A stretch of DNA of 63,039 nt, filler included, from Octopus bimaculoides (taxonomy: Eukaryota): assembly GCF_001194135.2 (NCBI RefSeq). It is 5 parts of 5 records of this genome, joined end to end, with 100 filler letters (N's around TTAATTAATTAA, not from the genome) between each part and the next. Parts side by side here need not be neighbours in the genome. Positions count along the whole stretch, not along the records: positions 49,294 to 53,359 come from NC_068991.1; positions 53,460 to 63,039 come from NC_068982.1; 3 more parts are not named here. One strand, 5' to 3'. Both the position numbers and the translations under genes were made by a program. Shown piece after piece: positions 52,471 through 63,039 of the stretch (positions are counted from its first letter, which is position 1; each line of letters opens with the position of its first letter). The notes below the pieces were generated by a model. It was not told the origin of the DNA and searched no databases. It saw nothing but the letters and a program-made list of their open reading frames with translations.

Positions 52471-52880
52471 TATGCGCAACATGGCAGTGTGGTAAGAAGT
52501 TTCTCATAATCACATGATTACAGGTTCAGTCCCACTTTGTGGCACCTTGGGCATGTGACTTTTGCAATAGCATAGCATTATGAGTGGATTTGATACATGG
52601 AAACACTTACATATGCATGTACATACATACATAAACACACATAAATATAAATATAAATATATATATATATATTTTTTCTATAGTTTCAGCTGAGAGCTGC
52701 GGTCATGCTGATGCACCACCGTTTTGCTACACTGTTATTACTGAGAGCCTCCTCCAATATGTGGCACTTGGTGAAGAATGGAGTTTGATGTAAGGTAGGG
52801 ATTCTTGCCGTGAGGTAGGGATTCTGGACAGGAAGAGGTCTAGCTTTGATTTAAAAACCTCTACATCTACTTTGTACAGG

Positions 52881-53285
52881 TTCTTTTATTCTTTTATTCT
52901 TTTACTTGTTTCAGTCATTTCACAGTGGTCATGCTGGAGCACCGCCTTTAGTCGAATCAAACCGACCCCAGGACTTATTCTTTGTAAGCCTAGTACTTAT
53001 TCTATCGTCCCTTTTGCCGAACCGCTAAGTTACGGGGACGTAAACACACCAGCATCAGTTGTCAAGCGATGTTGGGGGGACAAACACAGATACACAACAT
53101 ATGCATACACATACACATATACATATATACGATGGGCTTCTTTCAGTTTCTGTCTACCAAATCCTCTCACAAGGTTTTGGTCGGCCTGAGGCTATAGTAG
53201 ATGACACTTGCCCAAGGTGCCACGCAGTGGGACTAAACCCGGAACCATGTGGTTCGTAAGCAAGCTACTTACCACACAGCCCCTC
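52881..53285 (-). mobile_element. SINE family A, full-length
   Basis: Reverse complement of the family A consensus seen in this window. Confidence 0.95.
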
Positions 53286-53485
53286 TTGATGTGTAATATA
53301 TATACACGTATACGTACAAGTGAGTGTGTGCTGGTTTTGTGTATGTACCCCTCCTTGTGNNNNNNNNNNNNNNNNNNNNNNNNNNNNNNNNNNNNNNNNN
53401 NNNTTAATTAATTAANNNNNNNNNNNNNNNNNNNNNNNNNNNNNNNNNNNNNNNNNNNNTATATATATATATATATATATATATA

Positions 53486-53640
53486 TACGACTGACTTCTT
53501 TCAGTTTCCGACTGCCAAATCCACGCACAGGACTCTGGTTGGCCCGAGGCTATTGTAGAAGACACTTGTCCTATGTTTGATGCTGTAGGATTGAACCTGG
53601 AACTACGTGGCTATGAAGCAAGCTTCTTACCACACAGACA
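53486..53640 (-). mobile_element. SINE family A, diverged 5' half
   Basis: cttctttcagtttccg...gaagacacttg...cttaccacacag. Confidence 0.8.
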
Positions 53641-54681
53641 TGTTAGAGATATTACATTGGCTCTATTGAATACACGTTAGATCATCCTCATCTAGAGTTC
53701 AGACTTCGCAAGTCCAGTCATAGTTCACTCTCAGTGACAAAACATCATGCTTTGATGAGTACTGAACTTTACTTCCTCTTACCCGCCCCTTTCCTCCTAC
53801 GCTTCCTCCACCTTCCTTTCTTTTTCTCTCTCCTTCCCTCCTCTCCTTCTTCTCTTCTTTTTCTTCATCCTGCTGCTTCTCCTGCTGTCCCTTCTCCACC
53901 CACATTGAGTTGTACACATCACGTTGGTCAATGTACTAACTATAGCTGTTGTTCACTGTTTCGATTATGGATTATGGACAATGCACATTGGCTGTAACGG
54001 TTCAGACTCCATTCTACATTCCAGCTAGAATATCGGCATCCAATTCTCAATTGATTATATATAACATAAAAAAAAAAGAAAAAGAAATACTTACGTGACA
54101 ATACTTACACTACGTCGGTGGAAAGAATAGATAACGGCTAGAAATCGTAATCTATACGGAAAAAAGTCTTATATATTTGTATATGTATGCATATATATAT
54201 ATATATCATATATACAAATATATACATGTATATATATATATATATATATANNNNNNNNNNNNNNNNNNNNNNNNNNNNNNNNNNNNNNNNNNNNNNNNNN
54301 NNNNNNNNNNNNNNNNNNNNNNNNNNNNNNNNNNNNNNNNNNNNNNNNNNNNNNNNNNNNNNNNNNNNNNNNNNNNNNNNNNNNNNNNNNNNNNNNNNNN
54401 NNNNNNNNNNNNNNNNNNNNNNNNNNNNNNNNNNNNNNNNNNNNNNNNNNNNNNNNNNNNNNNNNNNNNNNNNNNNNNNNNNNNNNNNNNNNNNNNNNNN
54501 NNNNNNNNNNNNNNNNNNNNNNNNNNNNNNNNNNNNNNNNNNNNNNNNNNNNNNNNNNNNNNNNNNNNNNNNNNNNNNNNNNNNNNNNNNNNNNNNNNNN
54601 NNNNNNNNNNNNNNNNNNNNNNNNNNNNNNNNNNNNNNNNNNNNNNNNNNNNNNNNNNNNNNNNNNNNNNNNNNNNNNNNN

Positions 54682-54746
<65 letters not shown>

Positions 54747-55965
54747 TGCATGTATATGTATATACATAAATATATATAAGTATATATATTTATATGCTTA
54801 TATATATATATATATATACATACATACATACATATATGCATATTTATACACGCATACATATACACATACATATACACGTGTACGCACACACACATGCCGA
54901 CACACTCTTACAAACACACACATATGTGTTCATGAAGGATATATATATGTTAACTGCACACACAAAAAAATATGTTCTGCTCTCTCAGCATAATGAATAA
55001 TGAAAACAAAACAAGAATCTACAAAATTTGCCAAGAGTTTCTCTGTCTCTTTGGCAATAAAAGAATAAAATAAATTAAAAAAATAAACTCTTCTTGAGAC
55101 TGGATTAATTCTTATCTCCCCACACTTAAAAATAGACTCGCAGTTAATGATACACTGCACCTGAGGAACGCAGATAATAAATATTTCTGTCTGTTGTATT
55201 TATATTATTGACACCAACATTCGTAGCGTATACCTCTACTAACTAGCTCTACTATGAAACTTTCGTACTACTAACAATCGATAGATGAAAAACTTCAGTA
55301 CAAAAGCACTTGCCGTTGCAGTTACTTTCATATAATCTTTACCATGTACATATTACACATCTCGAAGATATGAGTTTTATCACTCGATCATATATATATA
55401 TATATACACACACATATATACAACGGATTGCATTAGGTAGCTACTACGAAGTTAGTTTAGTAGTTATTTTGTGTTCAGAAAATATGGTGAAATTGCATTA
55501 ACAGTGAAATATGGTGTACCTCTTCACTCAGCATCGCAAAAGATACTGCAACTAACTTTACCTCTCAGCTATTCTTTAACAATAAAATAGGTTTTAGTTG
55601 AATCGACCAAATGCGTAGTTTGCTTTAACATATGTAATCATGATTTACTTTCGATTACTGCAGTTGTATGTGAAGGCGTATGGCCTAGTAATTAAGCTGT
55701 TGGGTTTACGATCAAAAGGCGGTAATTTCCCTTCCTGCACCAGGTGGCGCGTTGTAATCATGATCAAGATATAGTCTTTCATCTTTCTCTTTGTCTATTC
55801 AACTTTAAACGAATAACTGCTTAGTACTGTTGTGGCCTTTTCTCTCTGCAGTTGTTGGGTCCACAATCCTTTTGTTGGATCAAAGCTTGTGAGCACCGAG
55901 AGCGTATCTAAGTGTGCTCGCGACTACATATGTATTTAAAACATGCAGCGAAAGCGTGGTATATA

Positions 55966-56152
55966 CAGGGTGCGGCGGAAGTAACACCTTTTTGTATTTG
56001 AGTTTTCTAGTTTCTAATTGAGTTATTTTTTTATTTTCCTGAAACTCCTGCGATTTTTTTCATTAGTTTATTAATCGGTTCTTTAAGCAATGCGTCAATA
56101 GAAAATTACTTAATAAACATTGCAAAAAGGATGCTTCTTCTGCCGCGCCCTG
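55966..56152. mobile_element. Tc1/mariner-type MITE
   Basis: TA|cagggtgcggcggaag ... cttctgccgcgccctg|TA: TIRs with TA TSD. Confidence 0.85.
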
Positions 56153-56389
56153 TATATTAATAGGTAATGCACGCTTCCCAGTGACACATGTTTTTTTCTT
56201 TATTGCTGCTACAAGAATTAACTCGCTTTGAAAATTGTTGACTGATTTAAAAAGGATTGCTTCAGTTACACAATGAAGTAGAAATCAAAGTGCCAAGAGT
56301 TTATTCCTGTTGAAGCATCTTATCGGTAAAAATTAAGCTTCCTTGTATTACAAGTAATTTTTATTTAGCACGAATTATTTATCTTTAAT

Positions 56390-56810
56390 ATTTTAGCTTT
56401 TACCCGTTTCACTCATTTGACTTTGGCCAACTAAACTGGAGTATTGTCTTGAAGGATTTAGTCCAAGAAATCAACCCCGGTATATACTAACTCTAGTACT
56501 TATTCTATCGGACTCTTTCCTGAAGCCCTACCTTATGGTGATGTAACCAACCTAACCCTAACCCTAACCCCGTTTGTCAAGCTGTAGTGAGGAAAAGCAC
56601 AATTACGTCCCCCTTTCTCTCTCTCTTTCTCTTTCTCTCACACACAGAGAGACATATACACACGGCTAACTCCCACACTGTCTTCGTCTACCAAATTTTT
56701 TGGCCTGGAGTTTTAGTAGAAGGCACTTCCCTTAAGTGACGCGCAGTGGAATTGAACTAAACACCATGTGAATGCAAAGTGAGCTTCCTAACCATACAGC
56801 CGCGCCTGCA
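56390..56810 (-). mobile_element. Old diverged SINE family A copy
   Basis: Collinear degenerate match: ctagtacttattctatcgg, tgacgcgcagtggaattgaac, cctaaccatacagcc. Confidence 0.7.
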
Positions 56811-58509
56811 ACTATCTATGAATTGCTTTTAAGCTCTAACTAAATTGCTGTAGATATTTTGGTAAGCAGTTCCCACAGAAAATATGAAGCCTTGGGTTCT
56901 TTCCCAAAGCGAAAACTTGGGAAGGTAACCTCTAACAGCGTCAAATCTTCGAATGCCTTTTAAGCAAACTTTTATAGCCAAATCCTGTGTGGGAATTCAC
57001 TGGAAGGAGTGTTTCAGTTTTTGAGTGGCACATTTAGTCCGTCCTCTAGTTTTTCCCACCTATCCTTACGTGTAATCTGCTTTCAATAGGTTGAATACCA
57101 AAGATCTCCATTAAGTTTGTCTAAGATTTATGATTTAGCTCTTGTGCAATTATGTACATGGCGGGATCTTAATCCCTTCCACAAAAAACTGACCACAAAT
57201 CTTACATCCGTCAACTTGTCCTAGATGTGCCACACATCTGGCTGTTATGCCTTAAAGAGTCGCTGACGACATTGAGGTCTTTATTTGCCATCTCAGTCCT
57301 CGTACAAGTGAGGGGTGACGTCCACTGTACAGCAGTCCTCCCGAGATTTCTTATAACTACTTAGTTTGACTCACTAGCCGAAGTGTGATCGTCTATGAAC
57401 CATAAGATAATGCTATGTAGTCGTCGAAGACCTGCGCTTCGGTTCATGACTAGAACTATGCGGCTGATAAACTTACAACTGTACATCTACTTACCTACTT
57501 GGTCATTCAAGCAATGACTTTCTATCTGAGGATAACTTTAGCATCTCCTCGCACCACTCCCCGGTCTATTAGAAAAATTACTGTCGCTGTCCTTCCTGTT
57601 TTAACTGAGACATACTAAGCGGCACGTTCATATAATGAAATGAAGTATGTTGAATCAAATACCTTATCCAGCGATGGAATGTAAACTCTTAAACTCTGAA
57701 TGTAAAGTTTGATAGTTAATCTATTCCAATATTTCGCCTCACTAACTTCTATCTAGAAAATTAAGCTAGAGACCCTCAACAAAATTTCTCATTAGTTAAT
57801 CAATGACCAGTTGAGTGCCAATCTGATAAAACACCGGGAAGAACTGGTAAATGATTTAACAAGATGGAACCAAGAAAATTCCGCATCTCAATCTCAAATA
57901 TTAATATAGGCGAAGTAGGAACGTCTTTTGTCTTTTTGAAATATCTGTAAAGTTATTTGCAGCAATTAGAATGTAATTCTTGAACGGATAGATTTATTGG
58001 TAATTTCTCAATCTGAGCCCTAAATCTCTTCCTAACTGCTAAGCATAATTTTATTAGAGTTTTGATTCTTATCGATAGAATTATATCATATAAATGAGAA
58101 GACATAAAAGAAGACGCGCAAACCAGATCCGTTCTTAAATGTAATAGCGAAAACCATGAATGTTGCAATGATACGTTCCTAAATAGATATAATAGAAGAG
58201 CTATTTAGAAAGAGTGTTATGATTATATGATATCAGGACTCATTATAACTGCACTGAGACAATGCTTCTAGTTTATAACTTTCTTCAACACATGTTCCGT
58301 TTATTATATCGCTGTCGATGTTTTAGGAGAATGTGACACTGATCAAGGTGTAGCTGTGTGTATGTATGCGCGCGCGCGCGTGTGTATGCGTGCGTCATTC
58401 TGAGTCCCTGATAATGCATGTGGATCAATCTTAAATCTAAATATATTATATGTAAGAGAATAAACAACGCAGATTTCCTTGTTTCAGATTGTAATACACA
58501 GGTGCGAAG

Positions 58510-58557
58510 ATGGAAGATGAAAATATGTCGCAAAAACACTTGGATCATTCTCTGGAT
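58510..58557 (+). CDS. Candidate first coding exon (MEDENMSQKHLDHSLD) of an unidentified gene
   Basis: ATG in a favourable aagATGG context, upstream acceptor ttccttgtttcag (exon start 58488) and a canonical donor GAT|gtaagt. Confidence 0.35.
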
Positions 58558-59362
58558 GTAAGTAATGACAAGCTCTATAAACAAGTAACATTTTATAATA
58601 GATTTTCCTTTCGTATATTTGTGTGTAAACCCAATGAAACCTCAAGATTTGAACTGATCATCAAAACGTCTGTTGGTGTATTGGTTCGTCAATATAAAGT
58701 AGCGAGATTAGTGCACAGAAAATAGAAATTTAAAAGGGAAATATTCTGCTATAGTTTTAATAAGGTTGAAATGTAATGTCAACTATACGAATGCTTTAAA
58801 TGTCATATTTTCACTGTCTGTTATATTGTAATTTCTTGTTAATAAATTTCGACCAGCTCTGCGACAATTTCGCCTGCTCTCGGCAGCTGCTGTTTTTGTA
58901 TATTGTGAATTTATTGTGAATTCTTTGGATTCGTTTAAAAAAAGGGAGCGAATCCTCGCCCGAACGATTAGAACATGTTACAGTTGCTGTTGCAGTTACC
59001 GTTGGCTGTAGCCAGTATAGTGTTTGGATTTATTGGATATATTTTACCAATTACCGGGGAAAAAAGATTCACGCCAAGGACCCTATCCACATTTGGCCGG
59101 GAGTACCTGTTGGCCAGGAAATTGGATTTTTGCTGTGTGAATTGTTTTTCTTTCTCCGTCTATGCTTCCTGATTTTTTCCTTCTTTTTGAAATGTTTATT
59201 TATTTTTTGGACTTTGTTTTATTTTTTTACTGTTTCTGTTAACTTTTGTGTATCTTTTTTTGGAATATTTTCCTTGACCTTTGAACTTTTAGACTTTTTT
59301 GGCACATGGCAAAAATAAACAGTGCCACTGTTTTAGAGTGGGAAATTGTCCCACCCAAACAG

Positions 59363-59441
59363 TGGATTAAAGATCTTGAGAAGAGGACGGTGGTACTACG
59401 GACTTATTCTAGGTCGCGTGGTGCCATCGCCCTCAAGTCTG
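59363..59441 (+). CDS. Candidate exon (WIKDLEKRTVVLRTYSRSRGAIALKS+G); alternative acceptor at 59337 adds a partial codon plus WEIVPPKQ
   Basis: Strong donor CTG|gtgagc, GC-richer open frame, and phase-compatible with 58510-58557. Confidence 0.4.
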
Positions 59442-60635
59442 GTGAGCTATTTTGTTGACAGTCACTTCAAAGATTCTTTATAAAATTGCTAGACTAGCTA
59501 AAAATAGTAGCAAAATCTTCCTCAACTAATATTTTGTAGTTTAAAACTTGTGCAACCGAGTGCGCAGTATATAAGGGAACATAATTGAAAGCACAGTCGT
59601 TGCGATAATAAAGCTCAGCATCTATTTTATTGAAATTCGAAGCTTTTTAACCAGATTTTAGGGGTTAGCACTATAATAAACTTAACAGTAAACATTACTT
59701 AAGTGGTAATAAATTATGTGCATTAATTTCAATAACACATATACAGCAAAACAAAATCATGTTTTTCACATTCCAGACTGCGTTTGCTTCATATTTCAAG
59801 TTCGATGAGAATATTAACGTTCAAAATCTGCGTGATATACTGGATAACAGCAGGATAACAGCTGGATAACAAATGAATAACAGCTGATAACAAATAAATA
59901 AGAACATCCTGTTTATTAATTAGTTCCAGTTGAGCATGTAAGTCGAGACTGCATTTATTATTATTTTTTTCGTTTTATTTTCTTATTTCCTCCTTATTTT
60001 CAACTCAACGCCCTATTCTAAAGGAGACTATCTGAAACGTAACAATATTTCTTGCTATTTCTTTGGGTGTCAAACTAAAAATTTTGAATCGAGATTTAAT
60101 CTCACCATCTTTTGATATTCGTTTCTGGAATACATACTTTTGCAATCTTAGAGCTAATTATCGCATAAGCATTTAACTACCCCCGGAACAAAAAATATAT
60201 TATGTGACACACTAAACTATCATTTCCCTTTCGATATAATTTCCTTCCCACTGTCCCTCCTCTCTCTCTCTCTCTCTCGCTCTCGCTCTCTCTCTCTCTC
60301 TGTATATATATGTATGTGTATGTGTGTGCGTGTGTGTGTGAAACCGCGATCATGCGTATGTTTGCTCTAGTGTGTATGTGTGTGTGTGTGTGTGTATGTG
60401 TTGGCGCGTGTGTGTATGTGTGTATGTATGTTTGATCTGGTGTGTATGCGTATATGCGTATGTTTGCTCTGGTGTGTGCGTGTGTGTGTGTGTGCGCGGG
60501 TATGTGTGTGTGTGTGAATGCGCGTTCATGTGCTTGTTTGATCTGGTGAGTGCGTGTATGTGTGTTTGCGTGTGTTTATATTTGTGTATGTGTGTGTGAA
60601 TGCGCGTTGATGCGCACGTTAGCTCTGGTGTGTGT

Positions 60636-60666
<31 letters not shown>

Positions 60667-61430
60667 ATTGCGTGTGTGTGTATGTAAACATATCTGTATG
60701 TAAGTATGTGTTTGTCTTTGTGTTTTAGTTTCTCTCCCATTACCACTTGACAACCGGTGTTAATACCTTTTCCTCCCTATAACTTAACGGTTCGTTAATT
60801 GAAGAGGCAATTGAATATATTGCTGATTTAAAATGATTGCTGAGTGTGATCTGTTCGATTAAACTCTTCAAGTGGGTGCCCCAGCATGGCCACAGTCCAA
60901 TCGCTGAACCAAGAAACCGAAATTACACAAAATATAAATCAGAAAATATACTGATAATATTTGATCCAATGAATTAGTAAGGCACCATAAATATCAACAT
61001 GATGTATGAGTACAAACGTAAGTGGAGAGGATAAACGTTAATTCATGTGAAATAGATAAGGGAAAACAAAGAGGTAAATAAATTGCTTAAAGAAATATAT
61101 CAAGTAATATTTGTAATATATTATAAACCTGTTGGTGCGTCGTGAAATAAATCATTATAACAACTTTACACTGAAACAGGAGATGGTTTAAGATTGCAGA
61201 ATCTCAGAAAAGTCTGAAATATTACTTAATGTCTATACGTAATAGATTTTATCAGATGATGTAACACAACCTTTGCAGCTGTAGAGTAAACTGCTTCAGA
61301 TATTTATTCTTATAAAACAAATATTATACCTACGGACACACAGATTCACACGCGTGCCCGTAGATACGGCATCTTAGGCAAGTGTATTCTATAGCCTTGT
61401 GCCAACACGGAAACTGAAAGAAGCCCGTCG

Positions 61431-61471
<41 letters not shown>

Positions 61472-61472
61472 C

Positions 61473-61712
61473 GTGTCATTCCGTCGGTTACGACGACGAG
61501 TGTTCCAGTTGACCCGATCAACAGAACAGCCTCCTCGTGAAATTAATGTGCAAGTAACCGAGCACTCCACAGGCACGTGAACCCTTAACGCAGTTCTCGG
61601 GGAGATTCAGCGTGACACAGAGTGTGACAAGGCTGGCCCCTTGCAATACAGGTACAACAGAAATAGGAAGAAAGAGTGAGAAAAAGTTGTGGTGAAAGAG
61701 TACAACAGGGTT
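61473..61712 (-). mobile_element. SINE family B, 5'-truncated
   Basis: Matches the 3' two-thirds of 19546-19919. Confidence 0.9.
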
Positions 61713-61714
61713 TT

Positions 61715-62720
61715 GACATCATTGCTTTATTGTGCTGAATCTTGGACCCTGTACCGAAAGCACACCAACCAGCTTGACGCTTGACAGTTTTCGTATGCAA
61801 TGCTTGCGTAATATCTCCATCATAAAACCGAGTGATCATATTTGTAACATTGAGCAACCAACAAAATACAACATTTTTAGAGATAATACATTTCTAAATC
61901 TCTCAGAGAGGTTTATGCAGTAGTGATACGATGAAGTAGTTGTATGCTGTCAACTTAATGTGACAGTCCCATGAAGGGAATAATACTACTGTTGGTTAGA
62001 CCTAGGAAGCTGCACTGCTTCCTGTCGGCCTTGACACATTTCCTGTGTCCTTATGTTTACAAGGGGGAGACAAGCACCTCCACCCAGCTAAGCCTGCATC
62101 CAGAGACATGTTTCCATGCATCCAGACCAATGACGAGCAAAGACTCAGAAACATGTCTCTGGATGCAGGCTTAGCTAAGTGGAGGTGCTTGTTTTCCCCT
62201 TGTAAACATAAGGACACAGGAAATGTGTCGAGGCCGACAGGAATCGGTGCAGCTTTCTAGCTCTAACCAATAGTAGTATTATTCCCTTCAGCGGACTGTC
62301 ACATTAAGTTGAGAGCATACAGCTACTTCAAAATGCAACATGCTATGTATTGAAGCCATCCTCAACAAAATACAGCTTAGATGGTCCAGTCATCTCTCAC
62401 GTATGAGTGATATCAGAATTCCGAAGCAACTTCTCTTTGGCCAATTCCCAACAAGTAGTTCAGTTGAAAGGCCATTGTGGTGCTTAAAAGACAAACTAAA
62501 AGACAACCTGAAACAATGCAGCATCCCCTTTTCTTCCTGGGAAAACAAAGAATCAGAATGCAGGACCTGGCCCCAGTCCGGCTTCTCCTCAGTTCAAAGA
62601 TTTGAGCAAAGTCGACTCCAGCATTGGAACCGACGTCGTGCAAGTATGAAGGTACGCTGGCAAAACCCTGTTCCTCTAAATGGAAACCTTACCTGTACCT
62701 GTCATTGTGGTATTGTGGAA
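61715..62720 (+). mobile_element. RTE-like LINE 3' remnant, split by an insertion
   Basis: LLYCAESWTLYRKH...FRMQCLRNISIIK..DHICN (61715-61874) resumes as NMLCIEAILNKIQLRWSSHLSRMSDIRIPKQLLFG...KDKLKDNLKQC (62329-62720), typical of the RTE/BovB post-RT region. Confidence 0.88.
61932..62330. mobile_element. Foldback element with 183-bp inverted arms
   Basis: Arms at 61932-62114 and 62148-62330 surround a 33-bp spacer. The mirror ORFs 62002..62217(-) and 62045..62260(+) reflect this symmetry. Confidence 0.9.
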
Positions 62721-62767
62721 TGAAGCAATACAGGCCTGGTCGTCCACTCAAGAAAACACAAACTGTT

Positions 62768-62998
62768 TTCTCTTTTACTCTTTTACTTGTTTCAGTCATT
62801 TGACTGTGGCCATGCTGGAGCACCGTCTTTTATTCGAACAAATCGACCCCAGGACTTATTCTTTGGATGCCTAGTACTTATTCTATCGGTCTCTTTTGCC
62901 GAACGGCTAAGTTGCGAGGGACATAAACACACCAGCATCGGTTGTCAAGCGATGGTGGCAGACACACACAGACACACAAACATATACACACAGACACA

Positions 62999-63000
<2 letters not shown>
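62768..63000 (-). mobile_element. SINE family A, 3' half running off the window
   Basis: Matches 52881-53100. Confidence 0.9.

Positions 63001-63039
<39 letters not shown>

Noticed and set aside
22311-53415. Recurrent TTAATTAATTAA 12-mer as a possible biological repeat or CRISPR-like spacer
   Set aside because: It is always embedded in N runs, so it is a scaffold padding sequence. There is no CRISPR array or prokaryotic context in the window.
59830-59895. Short ggataacag tandem repeats
   Set aside because: Only 4-5 degenerate units without spacers, which fits ordinary slippage.
514-60691. The many long ORFs rich in X, HT, YI, CV, SL or LLLL in the supplied track
   Set aside because: They are translations of N gaps and di-, tri- or tetranucleotide microsatellites, not genes.

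Overview
This is repeat-rich animal (metazoan) genomic DNA from a draft short-read assembly. It has many N gaps, artificial TTAATTAATTAA pads and two contig-end duplications across gaps. The SINE families and the very dense (TA/CA/TACA/TAGA/TAA/CTT)n microsatellites point to a coleoid cephalopod, most likely Octopus (inference from recall, no search run). Almost every ORF in the supplied track is microsatellite or gap noise, and I recognise no complete gene. Well-supported content: (i) at least four tRNA-derived SINE families, two copies with exact 14-bp TSDs; (ii) decayed retroelement coding remnants (CR1/L2-like, RTE-like x2, R4/Dong-like x2, Penelope-like x2); (iii) a Tc1/mariner transposase remnant and several MITE or palindromic elements. 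Weaker content: a set of short plus-strand candidate exons with good splice signals but no recognisable product. The most interesting observations are a minimal hammerhead-ribozyme motif in the tail of a tRNA-headed SINE (26123-26168), two apparently paralogous phase-1 exon starts (14996 and 18998), a possible coding start at 58510, and several long hairpin-forming structures. I found no convincing new multi-gene system.
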